A stretch of 64,000 nt of DNA from Candidatus Kapaibacterium sp. (GCA_963665665.1 OY762428.1:4544001-4608000), one strand, 5' to 3'; shown: positions 1 to 10,272, counted from the first letter of the stretch. Notes: generated by a model from the sequence alone, not told the origin. Made by a program: numbers and translations.

Positions 1-6
1 GTTTTC

Positions 7-46
7 AAAAAAAAATCCGATAACTCATGGCTATCGGATTTTTTTT
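7..46. terminator. Bidirectional intrinsic terminator
   Basis: A-run-TCCGATA / TATCGGA-T-run hairpin just past the stop of the minus-strand gene at 62. Confidence 0.8.
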
Positions 47-61
47 ATTTTTAAACCAGTA

Positions 62-586
62 TTACTTGCTTGATGCAAGAGCCGGGATTTTTCTTTCCGC
101 TAATGCATAAGCCCCAAAGAAAACTGCACTAAAGGCAAGGGTTCCAACTGCTTCGTAGCGGAAGAAAGGAATAGCCATATCAAAACATGTAATAAGTCCT
201 GCAAAAGATGCTTCGTACCACGAACCGAACATCCAAAGGCTGAGATTGGAAAGTACGAAGAAAATAACAGATGCAGCCAAAGAGCCACTAAAAACTTTAA
301 GGGCATTTGGTTTTGCAAGAAATATCCTTCCTATCAGAACGCTAAGAATGAAACCAAGATATACGCCCGGCATTCCGGCATGGAATCCAAGGAATATATC
401 ACTGAGGAACATTGCTGCGAGTGGCAGAATAAAAGCGATTTTTTTATCAGATATCATAGCTCCGCCAAAAATAGCCATTGCCATCAAAGGTGTTACATTC
501 GGAGGATGGGGGAGAAAGCGAGATACAGCAGCTACAAGTATTATGCCTGCCACTGTAAGTAATTTAGCATTAAAAAATCTTTTCAT
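62..586 (-). CDS. DUF6580-family putative membrane transporter (ECF S-component-like)
   Basis: Hydrophobic multi-TM protein with SRFLPHPPNVTPLMAMAIFGG and AIPFF motifs; start probably MKRFF at 586; TAATTTTG box upstream on the minus strand. Confidence 0.75.
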   Translation of the reverse strand: MKRFFNAKLLTVAGIILVAAVSRFLPHPPNVTPLMAMAIFGGAMISDKKIAFILPLAAMFLSDIFLGFHAGMPGVYLGFILSVLIGRIFLAKPNALKVFSGSLAASVIFFVLSNLSLWMFGSWYEASFAGLITCFDMAIPFFRYEAVGTLAFSAVFFGAYALAERKIPALASSK

Positions 587-848
587 AATATACACTCAAA
601 ATTTGTCATTCAAATACAACTATGCAAAATTAATTCTTTTGCATCAAATCACAAAGCAAGTGGAAAAATTCTTTTTTCATCTTTCCGCAATTGCTTTTCA
701 CATTTCGTATATTATCATAAATTTATATTAAAATCAAGAAATTATTTTTTTTAGCATTTTTTCGCCTTATTAAATATCATTCAGTTCAAAACTCTGGTAT
801 GAAATCTGATAGTATATTTTATATAGTTTGTACAAACAAGGCTGAAGA

Positions 849-3113
849 ATGTCTAAGGACAGGAAAAAATATAGAATAACAGAAAAAGAAGGCGCAGATA
901 TTTTCCTTGAGGCAATACGTTCTACGCCGCAATCCAAACCTGAAACAGAAGCTCAGGAGGAAGCATCATTCAAAAAGAAGTTTAGCCGAAAGCTTTTAAT
1001 TATTGGTTCTCCTATTATATTGTTTATAATAATAATGAGTGTGGTAGCTTATAATCTCGTTATGGAATTCCGCTCTGAAAACATTGAGATAAACACTGTT
1101 ATCAGCAATGTAGAACGTTATGAATCAATACTGAAAAAAGGACACGGTCTGGAAAAGAATTTCGAAGAATCTATGCATTATGCAGATTCACTTCTTGGCG
1201 CCATTGATTCTCTGATTGATGAATACCCGGATAAAGATACACTTAAAACTCTATGGTCCGATGTACTTGTGCATAAATACGAGAGATATATAAATTACAT
1301 GTTGAAAAGCGCCAAGTATGATAATATTGCAGGGCTGGACAGTACTCAGGTTCAGAAGGCAAGGAATTACAATCCGTCATTTGCTTCACTAATTGATATA
1401 ATGTCCACTTTGCCGGAATTCTACCAGTATAAGCAATTATATCCTGAGCCGCCAATACTTGCAAGCAATGTACCACAGCAGTGGGATATTGATAATTTGA
1501 TAGAAAAGTCAGAGAGAATTCTTGATTTTCTTAAAACTGATGCAGTTGCTATCGAAGTTGATTTTCCGGTGCTCTATACCTGGATAAAATATATATCCAA
1601 TACAATTTTTCCGGAATTGGAGGAATGGAAAAAATTCTGGGATAAATACAGAAAAGCTGTTCTTAATGAGAACGAGATAATTAATTCGGGATTACTTGAT
1701 GATTTAAGGCAGGAATACCCCGACCTACAGATTCTGAATTTTGGCAATGACGACAATCTTGAAGCATTCACAGGATTCTCCATTGGTATCAGCAAGGAAA
1801 CTCTTCTACCATGTCACAGTAATCTATTACGTGAATGGAAAACGCTGGAAGATTTTTTCAGGAAAAAATTTGATATTGAAGTTAATGTAAAATACTTTGA
1901 GACTTCATTACAACTTGAAAATGAACTGGATAAGGATATTATTGACATTGCTGTTCTTGACCTCAAAGCTTCGACCAAGGCTTACTTTGCCCGTGGTGGA
2001 ATTCCAATTGCTATGAGAGCCTGGAATCGGAAAAAATATCCGGCCGCGTACTTGATAGGTTTAGGAGTAGAAAATGAACCGGGAAAATCTGATAAAATAT
2101 GTTCTCCTGTAACTGACTATTATGATTTACTCAGCTACCTGCAATCCAAAAACGATAATATTAGTACAATAGTCAATCAAATTGCTCTGACTAATTCTGT
2201 CGACTCACTGTCAAAAGTATTAAATTCAGGGGAAATAAAATATTCTGTCTTATGTGAAGAAGCTTTGTACTATCTGCAAAGCTGCAATTCGCTGAAAAAG
2301 CCCATAAATATTATAAAAACCCTTGGCAATACTCCTATGGGAGTTTTGTGGGCCAGGGAAGGACTTCCGGCCCAATCAATAAGGAAAATCCAGAATATAA
2401 TGATCCCTCTTATACCGGCTGATGTCTATAACTACGGCGTACCAATCAGAGATCATCCCTTTGCAGACTGGACTCTTTACGACCCGGCTATTATGGAAAA
2501 ATTCTTTGGAAATGCGCGTGATATATTCCTGAAATATAATCCTGATATTAACAGGATTCATATGCTGCCTCCTGAAGTTCCGAATAAAAACATATCATCT
2601 CCCCTGAAAGATGCTCTTACTGAATTTCTTGAAAAAGAAGGTTTTGCAGTAATTCATTCTTCTTCAGGTAATAAACTTTCGCAGGGCGATCAGTTCCTTA
2701 CACTATCCGCGAAAGAAAATTCTAACGATGAGATTGAATATACAATTAAAGTGCACCATGAAAAAGGTGAAAAGGACAGTTTGTTATATCACGACCACTT
2801 TACCGGCCAAAAGAAAGATTTTCCACCGGATTTTGAGCATAAATTATTTGAAATGCCTGCATATCTTAAAGTTATCGGTAAAGTAGTAAAAGTTGAAGGA
2901 AAACGGATAATTGTTAAAACTGATGTTGCCACGAGAGTTTTAAAAGGCAACTATGCTTATATCATTCATGAAAAGGATATTCATAATAGAAACAGGAAAG
3001 CTATCGGCGAAGGAAAAATAATCGAAACAGGAAAGAGCAATCTTATAATAAAAATTGATAAAAACAGTTCTGATATCCATGTAGGAGATTATTGCGAAAT
3101 AAGAAGAAAATGA
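849..3113 (+). CDS. Single-pass membrane protein with central PhnD/phosphonate-binding-like PBP domain and C-terminal FlgT-C-like beta domain
   Basis: TM at ~aa 49-71; WKTLEDFFRKKFDIEVNVKYF...IDIAVLD resembles PhnD-type PBPs; C-terminal GKVVKVEGKRII...IGEGKII...IHVGD resembles FlgT-C. Confidence 0.55.
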   Translation: MSKDRKKYRITEKEGADIFLEAIRSTPQSKPETEAQEEASFKKKFSRKLLIIGSPIILFIIIMSVVAYNLVMEFRSENIEINTVISNVERYESILKKGHGLEKNFEESMHYADSLLGAIDSLIDEYPDKDTLKTLWSDVLVHKYERYINYMLKSAKYDNIAGLDSTQVQKARNYNPSFASLIDIMSTLPEFYQYKQLYPEPPILASNVPQQWDIDNLIEKSERILDFLKTDAVAIEVDFPVLYTWIKYISNTIFPELEEWKKFWDKYRKAVLNENEIINSGLLDDLRQEYPDLQILNFGNDDNLEAFTGFSIGISKETLLPCHSNLLREWKTLEDFFRKKFDIEVNVKYFETSLQLENELDKDIIDIAVLDLKASTKAYFARGGIPIAMRAWNRKKYPAAYLIGLGVENEPGKSDKICSPVTDYYDLLSYLQSKNDNISTIVNQIALTNSVDSLSKVLNSGEIKYSVLCEEALYYLQSCNSLKKPINIIKTLGNTPMGVLWAREGLPAQSIRKIQNIMIPLIPADVYNYGVPIRDHPFADWTLYDPAIMEKFFGNARDIFLKYNPDINRIHMLPPEVPNKNISSPLKDALTEFLEKEGFAVIHSSSGNKLSQGDQFLTLSAKENSNDEIEYTIKVHHEKGEKDSLLYHDHFTGQKKDFPPDFEHKLFEMPAYLKVIGKVVKVEGKRIIVKTDVATRVLKGNYAYIIHEKDIHNRNRKAIGEGKIIETGKSNLIIKIDKNSSDIHVGDYCEIRRK

Positions 3114-4816
3114 AAGTAATATTAATTAAATATATCATAGTAAGTTTATTCTTCTCGGCTGTAACAGTTTGGGCAGAGAACGAAACTGACAGTGCAGCAT
3201 CAAGGTTATATCCTGAAAAAAGAATTATATATACTTCAATTGATATAAACGGCCTTAAAGACTTAATAAAGAAACGCCTTGATGAAAGCCCCGAACTCGG
3301 TGCGTCACGTGCAAGAATCAGATCGGCTGAAAATCAGATTGAATCAATGGAGGCATCTTTTCTTCCTACTGTTAATGCAACAGCAGGTTATAGTTATTAC
3401 CGATCGCGCCACAGGGATGAAACCGTAAATAAAAGGGTGCCTGTAAAATGGGATAACGACAATCCGATAATTTCAAATATTAAACTGCCAAACGGCGGAC
3501 AGGGGATTATCTGGCTGCCCCGGCCGCTGGCATGGGATTACAGAGATATACCGGTGGTTGCCAGTATTGATTATTCTGACCGTTCTTTCAGATCGAATGT
3601 TGGCTTAAGCTATAAGTTACCTTTTGGTATGGTTATAAGCCCTTTCAGTTATTCAATGGATTACAGGTTTGCACCTAAATCTTATGGATTGCCCTGGACG
3701 GGAACTTTATCATCAAACTTGTTTATGCCGTTATTCAAAAATATGGGATGGTATGGCTCAAGCGAACATATTGACCTGGAAATTACTCAAATATCAAAAG
3801 AGATCAGTTCCAAATCCGAGAAAATTCAGTATAATAATATCATATACACATTGCTTGCTAATTACTTTTCTCTTTATTTCGAGAATTCAAAAATAAAAAT
3901 AATGGAAGAATTGGAAAAAAATCTGAATATTCAGATAAAAGACGTTGATATATTAAATTCCGAAGGCAGAATTACTGTTACGGAAAAGATCAGTACCGAA
4001 TCAAAACAAAGAAATATTAAATATGAAACCGAGTATTCGGCAAATAGGATCGTTTATTATTCAACTATGCTTGACAACAGAAATATTGATGAAGAAGAAA
4101 TTTTCATATATTCGCCAAAATTTATTAATGAATCACTCCTATGCACTAAGGTCAGATCGTTATTTAAGGAACTGATCAAAGAAGAAAGCCTGAAAAAATT
4201 AATTGAAAATCATCCAGGTGTTGATATATCAGAATTAGCCCTTGAACAATCAAGGATCAATGTTTTGTTCGCTGAAAATCAGGATCGTCCGGAAATAAAT
4301 CTGACCGGCTCTGTCCAAACTTATGAAGGCCCCCAGTACAATCTTGGCTATCATTCCCCCGGAACAGCATTGCTTAAGTCATTGAGCGATCCTGACGGGA
4401 TTTTCTGGAGCCTCGGGCTGCAATACAATCTTCCAACAGGAAAACCCGATAAATTCAATCTGATAGCAGCACAAGCAGAACTTGAAGCTGGTGAAAACGA
4501 TCTGAAAAGTGCTAAACGCTCTGTCTCGGACAGGTTAAAGCAACATATTTTTCAGATAAGTAATTCAATTGAATCTGTTGATAATGCCAAAGACAACCTG
4601 GATATGGTTCAGGAAATACATGACAAGGAGGCATTGCCACTTTTCCAGGCTAAAAGGCTGAACAGATTTGACTATTACTCATATCTGAACCAGGTTCTTA
4701 ATGCGAAGATCGGCCTTGTTCAAGCCAGGCAGCAGCTAATGTCTGATTTCTTTTCTTTCGTATCCGATATGCAGATAGATTGGAAAAAACCGGGAGGATT
4801 ATTGAATAATGAGTGA
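3110..4816 (+). CDS. TolC-family outer membrane efflux protein
   Basis: Signal peptide; two OEP-like repeats (SPELGASRARI...FLPTVNATAGY; HPGVDISELAL...RPEINLTGS); ATGA overlap with the upstream stop. Confidence 0.8.
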   Translation: MKVILIKYIIVSLFFSAVTVWAENETDSAASRLYPEKRIIYTSIDINGLKDLIKKRLDESPELGASRARIRSAENQIESMEASFLPTVNATAGYSYYRSRHRDETVNKRVPVKWDNDNPIISNIKLPNGGQGIIWLPRPLAWDYRDIPVVASIDYSDRSFRSNVGLSYKLPFGMVISPFSYSMDYRFAPKSYGLPWTGTLSSNLFMPLFKNMGWYGSSEHIDLEITQISKEISSKSEKIQYNNIIYTLLANYFSLYFENSKIKIMEELEKNLNIQIKDVDILNSEGRITVTEKISTESKQRNIKYETEYSANRIVYYSTMLDNRNIDEEEIFIYSPKFINESLLCTKVRSLFKELIKEESLKKLIENHPGVDISELALEQSRINVLFAENQDRPEINLTGSVQTYEGPQYNLGYHSPGTALLKSLSDPDGIFWSLGLQYNLPTGKPDKFNLIAAQAELEAGENDLKSAKRSVSDRLKQHIFQISNSIESVDNAKDNLDMVQEIHDKEALPLFQAKRLNRFDYYSYLNQVLNAKIGLVQARQQLMSDFFSFVSDMQIDWKKPGGLLNNE

Positions 4817-5849
4817 TACATTACTATATATTGTGTCTTCGAAATGTGATGCCCGGGCGGTTCGGATCAAAGAATTTTGTTCAAAAAGAAGAATCAGGTC
4901 GACGATATTGTCTCTTGATTCAGATAATGATATCAGCATTTTCAGCGATAGTATCAGAATAAATAATAATGAAATTCCCGAAAACAGTATTTTTTTTAAT
5001 ATTGGCCTGAAACCGGACTATTTGGCGTTACCGGAATTTTGCGAATCCGGTCCGGACAGCTTCAATATCGGGCATGTATCATCGGAACAGAAATTAAGCC
5101 ACCTTTTATCGCTTCTTTTTATGGCGGATAATCTGGATAAATATCATGTTATTAATCCCCCATTTAAGTTGTTTAATTATATCAGCACCGGGTATTTTAC
5201 AGGTCGGATGAAACAGGAAGGATTTCCGGTATACCAATCGGTTTACACAAATTCCCTTGAATATTTCGAAAAAACAGATATTTATGGAAATAACGAATAT
5301 TTTATTTGGTCATATCCTGTTTATGATGCCCCGGAACAGCTTATAAGCAAAAAAAATATCGATAAGCTATTCAGATCAGGCCATACAATGCCCTTCTATA
5401 TAAGTGAATTTATTCCGGGAATCGATTATTCTGTATGGTTCTACAGGGGAACAGCAATTTTCGGAACCGGTTTAACTCCGCCGGAAAGAAACCAAGAAAT
5501 AACATTAGAAAAATTTGAGTATATTCCACCAAATATAGCTATGAATAATCTTGGGGAACTGACTTATCGACTTAATAATATTGATTTTTACCAGATAAAG
5601 GGCGTTATCAATAAAGATGGAAATCTGATTTTTCGAAAACTTATACCTCTTCCTGACATTACTGATTTGGGAAAAATGGGAAAAGATTATTTGTTAAATG
5701 TACTTATGAAAAAAATATTTGCCATGGCAGATATTAAACTCAGAATTTCAAAAAAATTTCCCGTAAATGAAAGCAGAACCAATGTTTTTCTTACACGAAT
5801 GCTTGATCCGCTATTCGAAGCAATAAATCCGCAGAAAGAGTATGAGTAA
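4809..5849 (+). CDS. Divergent ATP-grasp-fold protein (possibly catalytically degenerate)
   Basis: VINPP, GFPVYQSVYTNS and ISEFIPGIDY elements align with the RimK-type layout, but the ExN motif is replaced by KLIPLP. Confidence 0.55.
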   Translation: MSDTLLYIVSSKCDARAVRIKEFCSKRRIRSTILSLDSDNDISIFSDSIRINNNEIPENSIFFNIGLKPDYLALPEFCESGPDSFNIGHVSSEQKLSHLLSLLFMADNLDKYHVINPPFKLFNYISTGYFTGRMKQEGFPVYQSVYTNSLEYFEKTDIYGNNEYFIWSYPVYDAPEQLISKKNIDKLFRSGHTMPFYISEFIPGIDYSVWFYRGTAIFGTGLTPPERNQEITLEKFEYIPPNIAMNNLGELTYRLNNIDFYQIKGVINKDGNLIFRKLIPLPDITDLGKMGKDYLLNVLMKKIFAMADIKLRISKKFPVNESRTNVFLTRMLDPLFEAINPQKEYE

Positions 5850-6930
5850 ACACAAACCGAAAATAATGATAGTTTCACCAATCGAAAACGACCCTCAATC
5901 GATAATTCTATTTGAAGAAATATTGAATAAGGGTGGAAATCCTGTTCTGTTGCCGTTCAAATTATATGAAAAAGAAAAGAACCATAGTTTCGGATTCAAT
6001 TTTAGGGAATTGTTTTTCAACGAAGAAATTATAAATTTAAAGGCCGTATTCATACGTGGAGTTTCGGTTGATACTCCGATAACATCTCCTGCATGGCAAT
6101 CAGATTTTGAAATGAACATCTGGCGGGCAAAGTATATTAAAGAAAATTATAAGATTTTTGCTATAAGTTCAATATTGAAAGAACTTGAAAATCAGGGAGT
6201 ATTAGTTGTGAACGGACTTGCTAAATATTTGTATCACAATATGAAATCCGGATTTTTTTCTTACCTGAGATCAAAGGGGATATCTGTTCCAGATAGTATG
6301 GGGACAAATTCATTATCAGAAGCATTGAATTTTAAAAATCGGTATGAAAAAATTGTTGCGAAATCTCCAAGCGGTGTAGGGGCTACAAAACTAATAAAAA
6401 ATTTTAAAGGCGTTGCGGATAAATCCCTGAAATATACTCCGCCAATGTTCCAGCAGGAGATAAAAGGGCAAACAATAAGAATACATACAGTTGGCAATAA
6501 AGTAGTTCTTGCCTTAAAAATAATTGCATCCGATATAGACAGCAGGACCGATACCAAAGGCTTTTCGTATTATAAAATGAAAAAAGAACATTCCGATGAA
6601 GTTTTAAGAGCCAATAGTTTATTAAATTTAAAATTTTCAGCGTGGGATGCAATAATTGGTGAAGATGACAAAATCTACCTTCTTGATTGCAATCCGGGCC
6701 CATACATATATTGGATAGGCTCATATTTTACAAGGCTGGTTAAATCGGAATTAGCCAGGTATCTGGTTGCTTTTGCAGAGTCCGGCGATGAAGAAATAGC
6801 AGAAGGGTCCATATCAGTGCCTGAATGCAAAATTCACAGGATTATGAAAATCGAAGAAAAGCATAGATATGTGTTATATAATGGAGAATTAAATCAGCAA
6901 CTCAGTCCTGAATATCGGCAAAGATATTAA
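5842..6930 (+). CDS. RimK-like ATP-grasp ligase
   Basis: VLVVN, GISVPDSMGTNS, VAKSPSGVG, MFQQEIKGQTIRIHTVG and AWDAI...YLLDCNPGP motifs. Confidence 0.8.
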   Translation: MSKHKPKIMIVSPIENDPQSIILFEEILNKGGNPVLLPFKLYEKEKNHSFGFNFRELFFNEEIINLKAVFIRGVSVDTPITSPAWQSDFEMNIWRAKYIKENYKIFAISSILKELENQGVLVVNGLAKYLYHNMKSGFFSYLRSKGISVPDSMGTNSLSEALNFKNRYEKIVAKSPSGVGATKLIKNFKGVADKSLKYTPPMFQQEIKGQTIRIHTVGNKVVLALKIIASDIDSRTDTKGFSYYKMKKEHSDEVLRANSLLNLKFSAWDAIIGEDDKIYLLDCNPGPYIYWIGSYFTRLVKSELARYLVAFAESGDEEIAEGSISVPECKIHRIMKIEEKHRYVLYNGELNQQLSPEYRQRY

Positions 6931-7016
6931 GAAGAAATACTTAATTTGCCCAGTTTTCAAAATAAAAATACTTATTATTCCTCGATAAGAATATAAGCAA
7001 TTATTCCGGGGAATGT

Positions 7017-8588
7017 ATGGATAAAGTTTTACAATCTGATAAAAATAGTACAAACACAGAAAAAGAATCATTTCCGAAATTTCTTAATGTTTATAAGAAT
7101 TCGGATTTTATGACTCAGATGAAATCGTTGTTCATATACAGAGTGGGTATTGCCATGGTAATAACACTCTTTTTATTGCTGTTAACAACAGCTTACGTAC
7201 AAATTCAATTATTCAACAGTTTAAATATTACAACGTTAATCATAGAAATAATATGCTTTCTAATAATTTTATTGTCAATACTGATCCTTAAGAAAGGATT
7301 CGTCGATATTACTATTCATTTGATAATGATAGCCTGTTCTTTAGCTGTCTGGTTTGTAATTTTCTCTAATGAAACTTACTATCTTGCACGTTTTGATACA
7401 ATATCCTTTCTTTTTGGTGTCCTTGCAATGGTACCATTACTATCGAAAAGAAAACACTTCATAATTTTTTATACAGCTGCAAATATTGTTGTGCTGTTAA
7501 CTTTTGTTTTAAGTATTGATATAAAATGGACAAATTCTTCAGCTGACCTGGCAGATTATTTCATTGACAATGCGATGTCATTCATTTTCCTTGCAACTGT
7601 ATCTTATAATTCGTTTCTAATATATCGAAAGTCTTTCAATAGAAGTGAAGAAGCCCTGAAAAAAACAAAAGAATCAGAGGTAAAAGTACGAAAGCTAAAC
7701 GAGGAGCTTGAAGACAAAGTCCGTGAAAGAACTCTTGAATTGAATAATGCTTTGGAAAACCTTGAAGAATCAAATCTTGAATTAAAGGAATTAAATGAAG
7801 ATATTGCAAGGGAAGCCGATAAACTTGTAATCCTGAATGACAAGCTGACTGATTCGGAAATGAAATTGAAAGAAGCGAATGAAACCAAGGATAAATTCTT
7901 TTCGATAATTGCTCATGACTTGCGAAACCCGGTGGGTGGTATCAGAAATATGCTTGAAATACTCAAAAACAATGGCGGCCAGCTTGGAGAAGATGAAATG
8001 AAGCAGATAATAGATATCACCTATTCCGCTTCCGTCAGGACATCCCAACTACTGGAAAATCTTTTGGAGTGGGCAAGCATTCAGAAGGGTAAAATTGATT
8101 ACCTGCCGATGATGTATTCCCTGTATGATACTGTTAATAATGCAATTCAGGATGTTAAAGTGTCTGCTGATAAAAAGAATATAATTATTGAACATAATTT
8201 AGATAAATTACAGGTATTATTCTTTGATAAAAATTTAATGAATACAATTCTCAGGAACCTTCTTTCAAATGCCATTAAATATTCTATGGAAAACAGCAAA
8301 ATAGAGTTGATTATTAAAAGGAAAAAAGATAACTTGCATAACAAGGATTGCACGATTGTCACCGTCCGTGATTTTGGTATCGGAATGGATGATGAAACTC
8401 TCAGCAACCTGTTCAGAGTAGAAAAAGTAAAATCAATTCCGGGAACCAATAAAGAAAAAGGAACGGGCCTTGGATTGATATTATGTAAAGAATTTGTTGA
8501 AAAGCATGGCGGCGAAATTTGGGCTGAAAGCGAACCAGGGACCGGATCGAAATTTGTATTTACAATTCCCAATAATAAAATCAACTGA
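7017..8588 (+). CDS. Membrane sensor histidine kinase (paralog 1)
   Basis: About 6 TMs, coiled coil, H-box IAHDLRNP, N-box NLLSNAIKY, G-boxes DFGIGM and GTGLGL. Confidence 0.95.
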   Translation: MDKVLQSDKNSTNTEKESFPKFLNVYKNSDFMTQMKSLFIYRVGIAMVITLFLLLLTTAYVQIQLFNSLNITTLIIEIICFLIILLSILILKKGFVDITIHLIMIACSLAVWFVIFSNETYYLARFDTISFLFGVLAMVPLLSKRKHFIIFYTAANIVVLLTFVLSIDIKWTNSSADLADYFIDNAMSFIFLATVSYNSFLIYRKSFNRSEEALKKTKESEVKVRKLNEELEDKVRERTLELNNALENLEESNLELKELNEDIAREADKLVILNDKLTDSEMKLKEANETKDKFFSIIAHDLRNPVGGIRNMLEILKNNGGQLGEDEMKQIIDITYSASVRTSQLLENLLEWASIQKGKIDYLPMMYSLYDTVNNAIQDVKVSADKKNIIIEHNLDKLQVLFFDKNLMNTILRNLLSNAIKYSMENSKIELIIKRKKDNLHNKDCTIVTVRDFGIGMDDETLSNLFRVEKVKSIPGTNKEKGTGLGLILCKEFVEKHGGEIWAESEPGTGSKFVFTIPNNKIN

Positions 8589-9776
8589 TTCATTGTTTTT
8601 ATGAATACAACAAACATTTATATATTTTATGAAGTTATCAAAATATTTTCATTCCGGGAATACGGATAATGTGGGAAAATCCGTTCTGCCCGATTTGTTG
8701 AAGGAATATCAGCAACGCAGTTTTTTAGAACAGATGAAAGCTTTGTTCATTTATAAGGTGAATATAGCTATGATTTTTGTTCTGTTTGTAACAACGGTTA
8801 TTACTGCAATTACTCAATTAATGTTCGAAGAAGGGATAAATCCTATGACTATCGGATTGGAACTTTTTCTAACAGCATTCCTTATCTACTCATTAAGAAT
8901 TTTAAAAAGCGGAAAATTATACATTACAATTCATTCAATAATGCTTAGTAGTTTTGCAACTGTCTGGCTTGTAATATTTAGTGATACCGGAAGTGTCCTG
9001 GCCAAATTCAATACAATAGTATTTGCATTCGGGATACTTGCTATGGCTCCGTTGCTATCTGGCAGGATCAGATATATTATCGAATACTCGCTGGGAAATA
9101 TTATTTTATTGTCGTTTTTAATACTTTATTCCGTAAAGAATAATGTGATTGGCGTAAGCGATTCTATCGAATTATTTATTGATATTTCAGTTTCATTCAT
9201 TTTCCTTGCAACTGTATCTTATAATTCGTTTCTAATTTATCGAAAGTCTTTCAATAGAAGTGAAGAAGCCCTGAAAAAAACAAAGGAATCAGAGGCAAAT
9301 GTACGGAAACTTAACGAAAAGCTTGAAGACAAAGTCCGTGAAAGAACACTTGAATTGAATAATGCTTTGGAAAACCTTGAAGAATCAAATCTTGAATTAA
9401 AGGAATTAAATGAAGATATTGCAAGGGAAGCAGATAAACTTGTAATCCTGAATGACAAGCTGACTGATTCGGAAATGAAATTGAAAGAAGCGAATGAAAC
9501 CAAGGATAAATTCTTTTCGATAATTGCTCATGACTTGCGAAACCCGGTGGGTGGTATCAGAAATATGCTTGAAATACTTAAAAACAATGGCGGCCAGCTT
9601 GGAGAAGATGAAATGAAGCAGATAATTGATATCACCTATTCCGCTTCCGTCCGGACATCCCAACTACTGGAAAATCTTTTGGAGTGGGCAAGCATTCAGA
9701 AAGGTAAAATTGATTACCTACCGATGATGTATTCCCTGTATGATACTGTTAATAATGCAATTCAGGATGTTAAAGT
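7578..9776 (+). repeat. Near-identical 584-bp direct repeat inside the two HK genes (7578-8161 and 9193-9776)
   Basis: Sequences match at offset 1615 with only scattered, mostly synonymous differences; flanks are clearly diverged. Confidence 0.9.
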
Positions 9777-10206
9777 TTGTGCGGATAAAAAGAATATCTC
9801 GATCAATCACAATGTGGACAAGTCTCAGGTATTGTTTTTTGATAAAAATTTAATGAATACAATAATTAGGAATTTACTATCTAACGCAGTAAAGTATTCC
9901 CCCGAGAATAGCTCTATAAAACTTAATACGGCAAGACTAAAGGACGATCTTCATAATACTGATTGGGTGCAAGTTTCTGTGGTTGACAAAGGAGTGGGAA
10001 TGGAAGACGAGGTCTTGGACAACTTGTTCAAAGTTGATAAAGTAAAATCTGTTCCCGGAACAAATAAAGAAAAAGGTACCGGATTAGGATTGATTTTATG
10101 CAAGGAATTTGTTGAAAAGCACGGGGGCAAAATCTGGGCGGAAAGCCGATTGGGAGAAGGCAGTACATTCTATTTTACAATTCCGAATATTGAAAGTAAT
10201 AATTAA
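8629..10206 (+). CDS. Membrane sensor histidine kinase (paralog 2)
   Basis: Same architecture; IAHDLRNP, NLLSNAVKY, DKGVGM, GTGLGL. Confidence 0.95.
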   Translation: MKLSKYFHSGNTDNVGKSVLPDLLKEYQQRSFLEQMKALFIYKVNIAMIFVLFVTTVITAITQLMFEEGINPMTIGLELFLTAFLIYSLRILKSGKLYITIHSIMLSSFATVWLVIFSDTGSVLAKFNTIVFAFGILAMAPLLSGRIRYIIEYSLGNIILLSFLILYSVKNNVIGVSDSIELFIDISVSFIFLATVSYNSFLIYRKSFNRSEEALKKTKESEANVRKLNEKLEDKVRERTLELNNALENLEESNLELKELNEDIAREADKLVILNDKLTDSEMKLKEANETKDKFFSIIAHDLRNPVGGIRNMLEILKNNGGQLGEDEMKQIIDITYSASVRTSQLLENLLEWASIQKGKIDYLPMMYSLYDTVNNAIQDVKVCADKKNISINHNVDKSQVLFFDKNLMNTIIRNLLSNAVKYSPENSSIKLNTARLKDDLHNTDWVQVSVVDKGVGMEDEVLDNLFKVDKVKSVPGTNKEKGTGLGLILCKEFVEKHGGKIWAESRLGEGSTFYFTIPNIESNN

Positions 10207-10272
10207 AATTTCATACTATTGTTTCTTTTTTTATATTTAAGAAAATTTGAATAAACAAATTCCGGAGCTTTT

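Noticed and set aside
596-848. Cobalamin riboswitch upstream of the DUF6580 gene
   Set aside because: The intergenic region is very AT-rich with no B12-box or GGGAA/GCCACTG motifs, and the promoter box lies close to the start.
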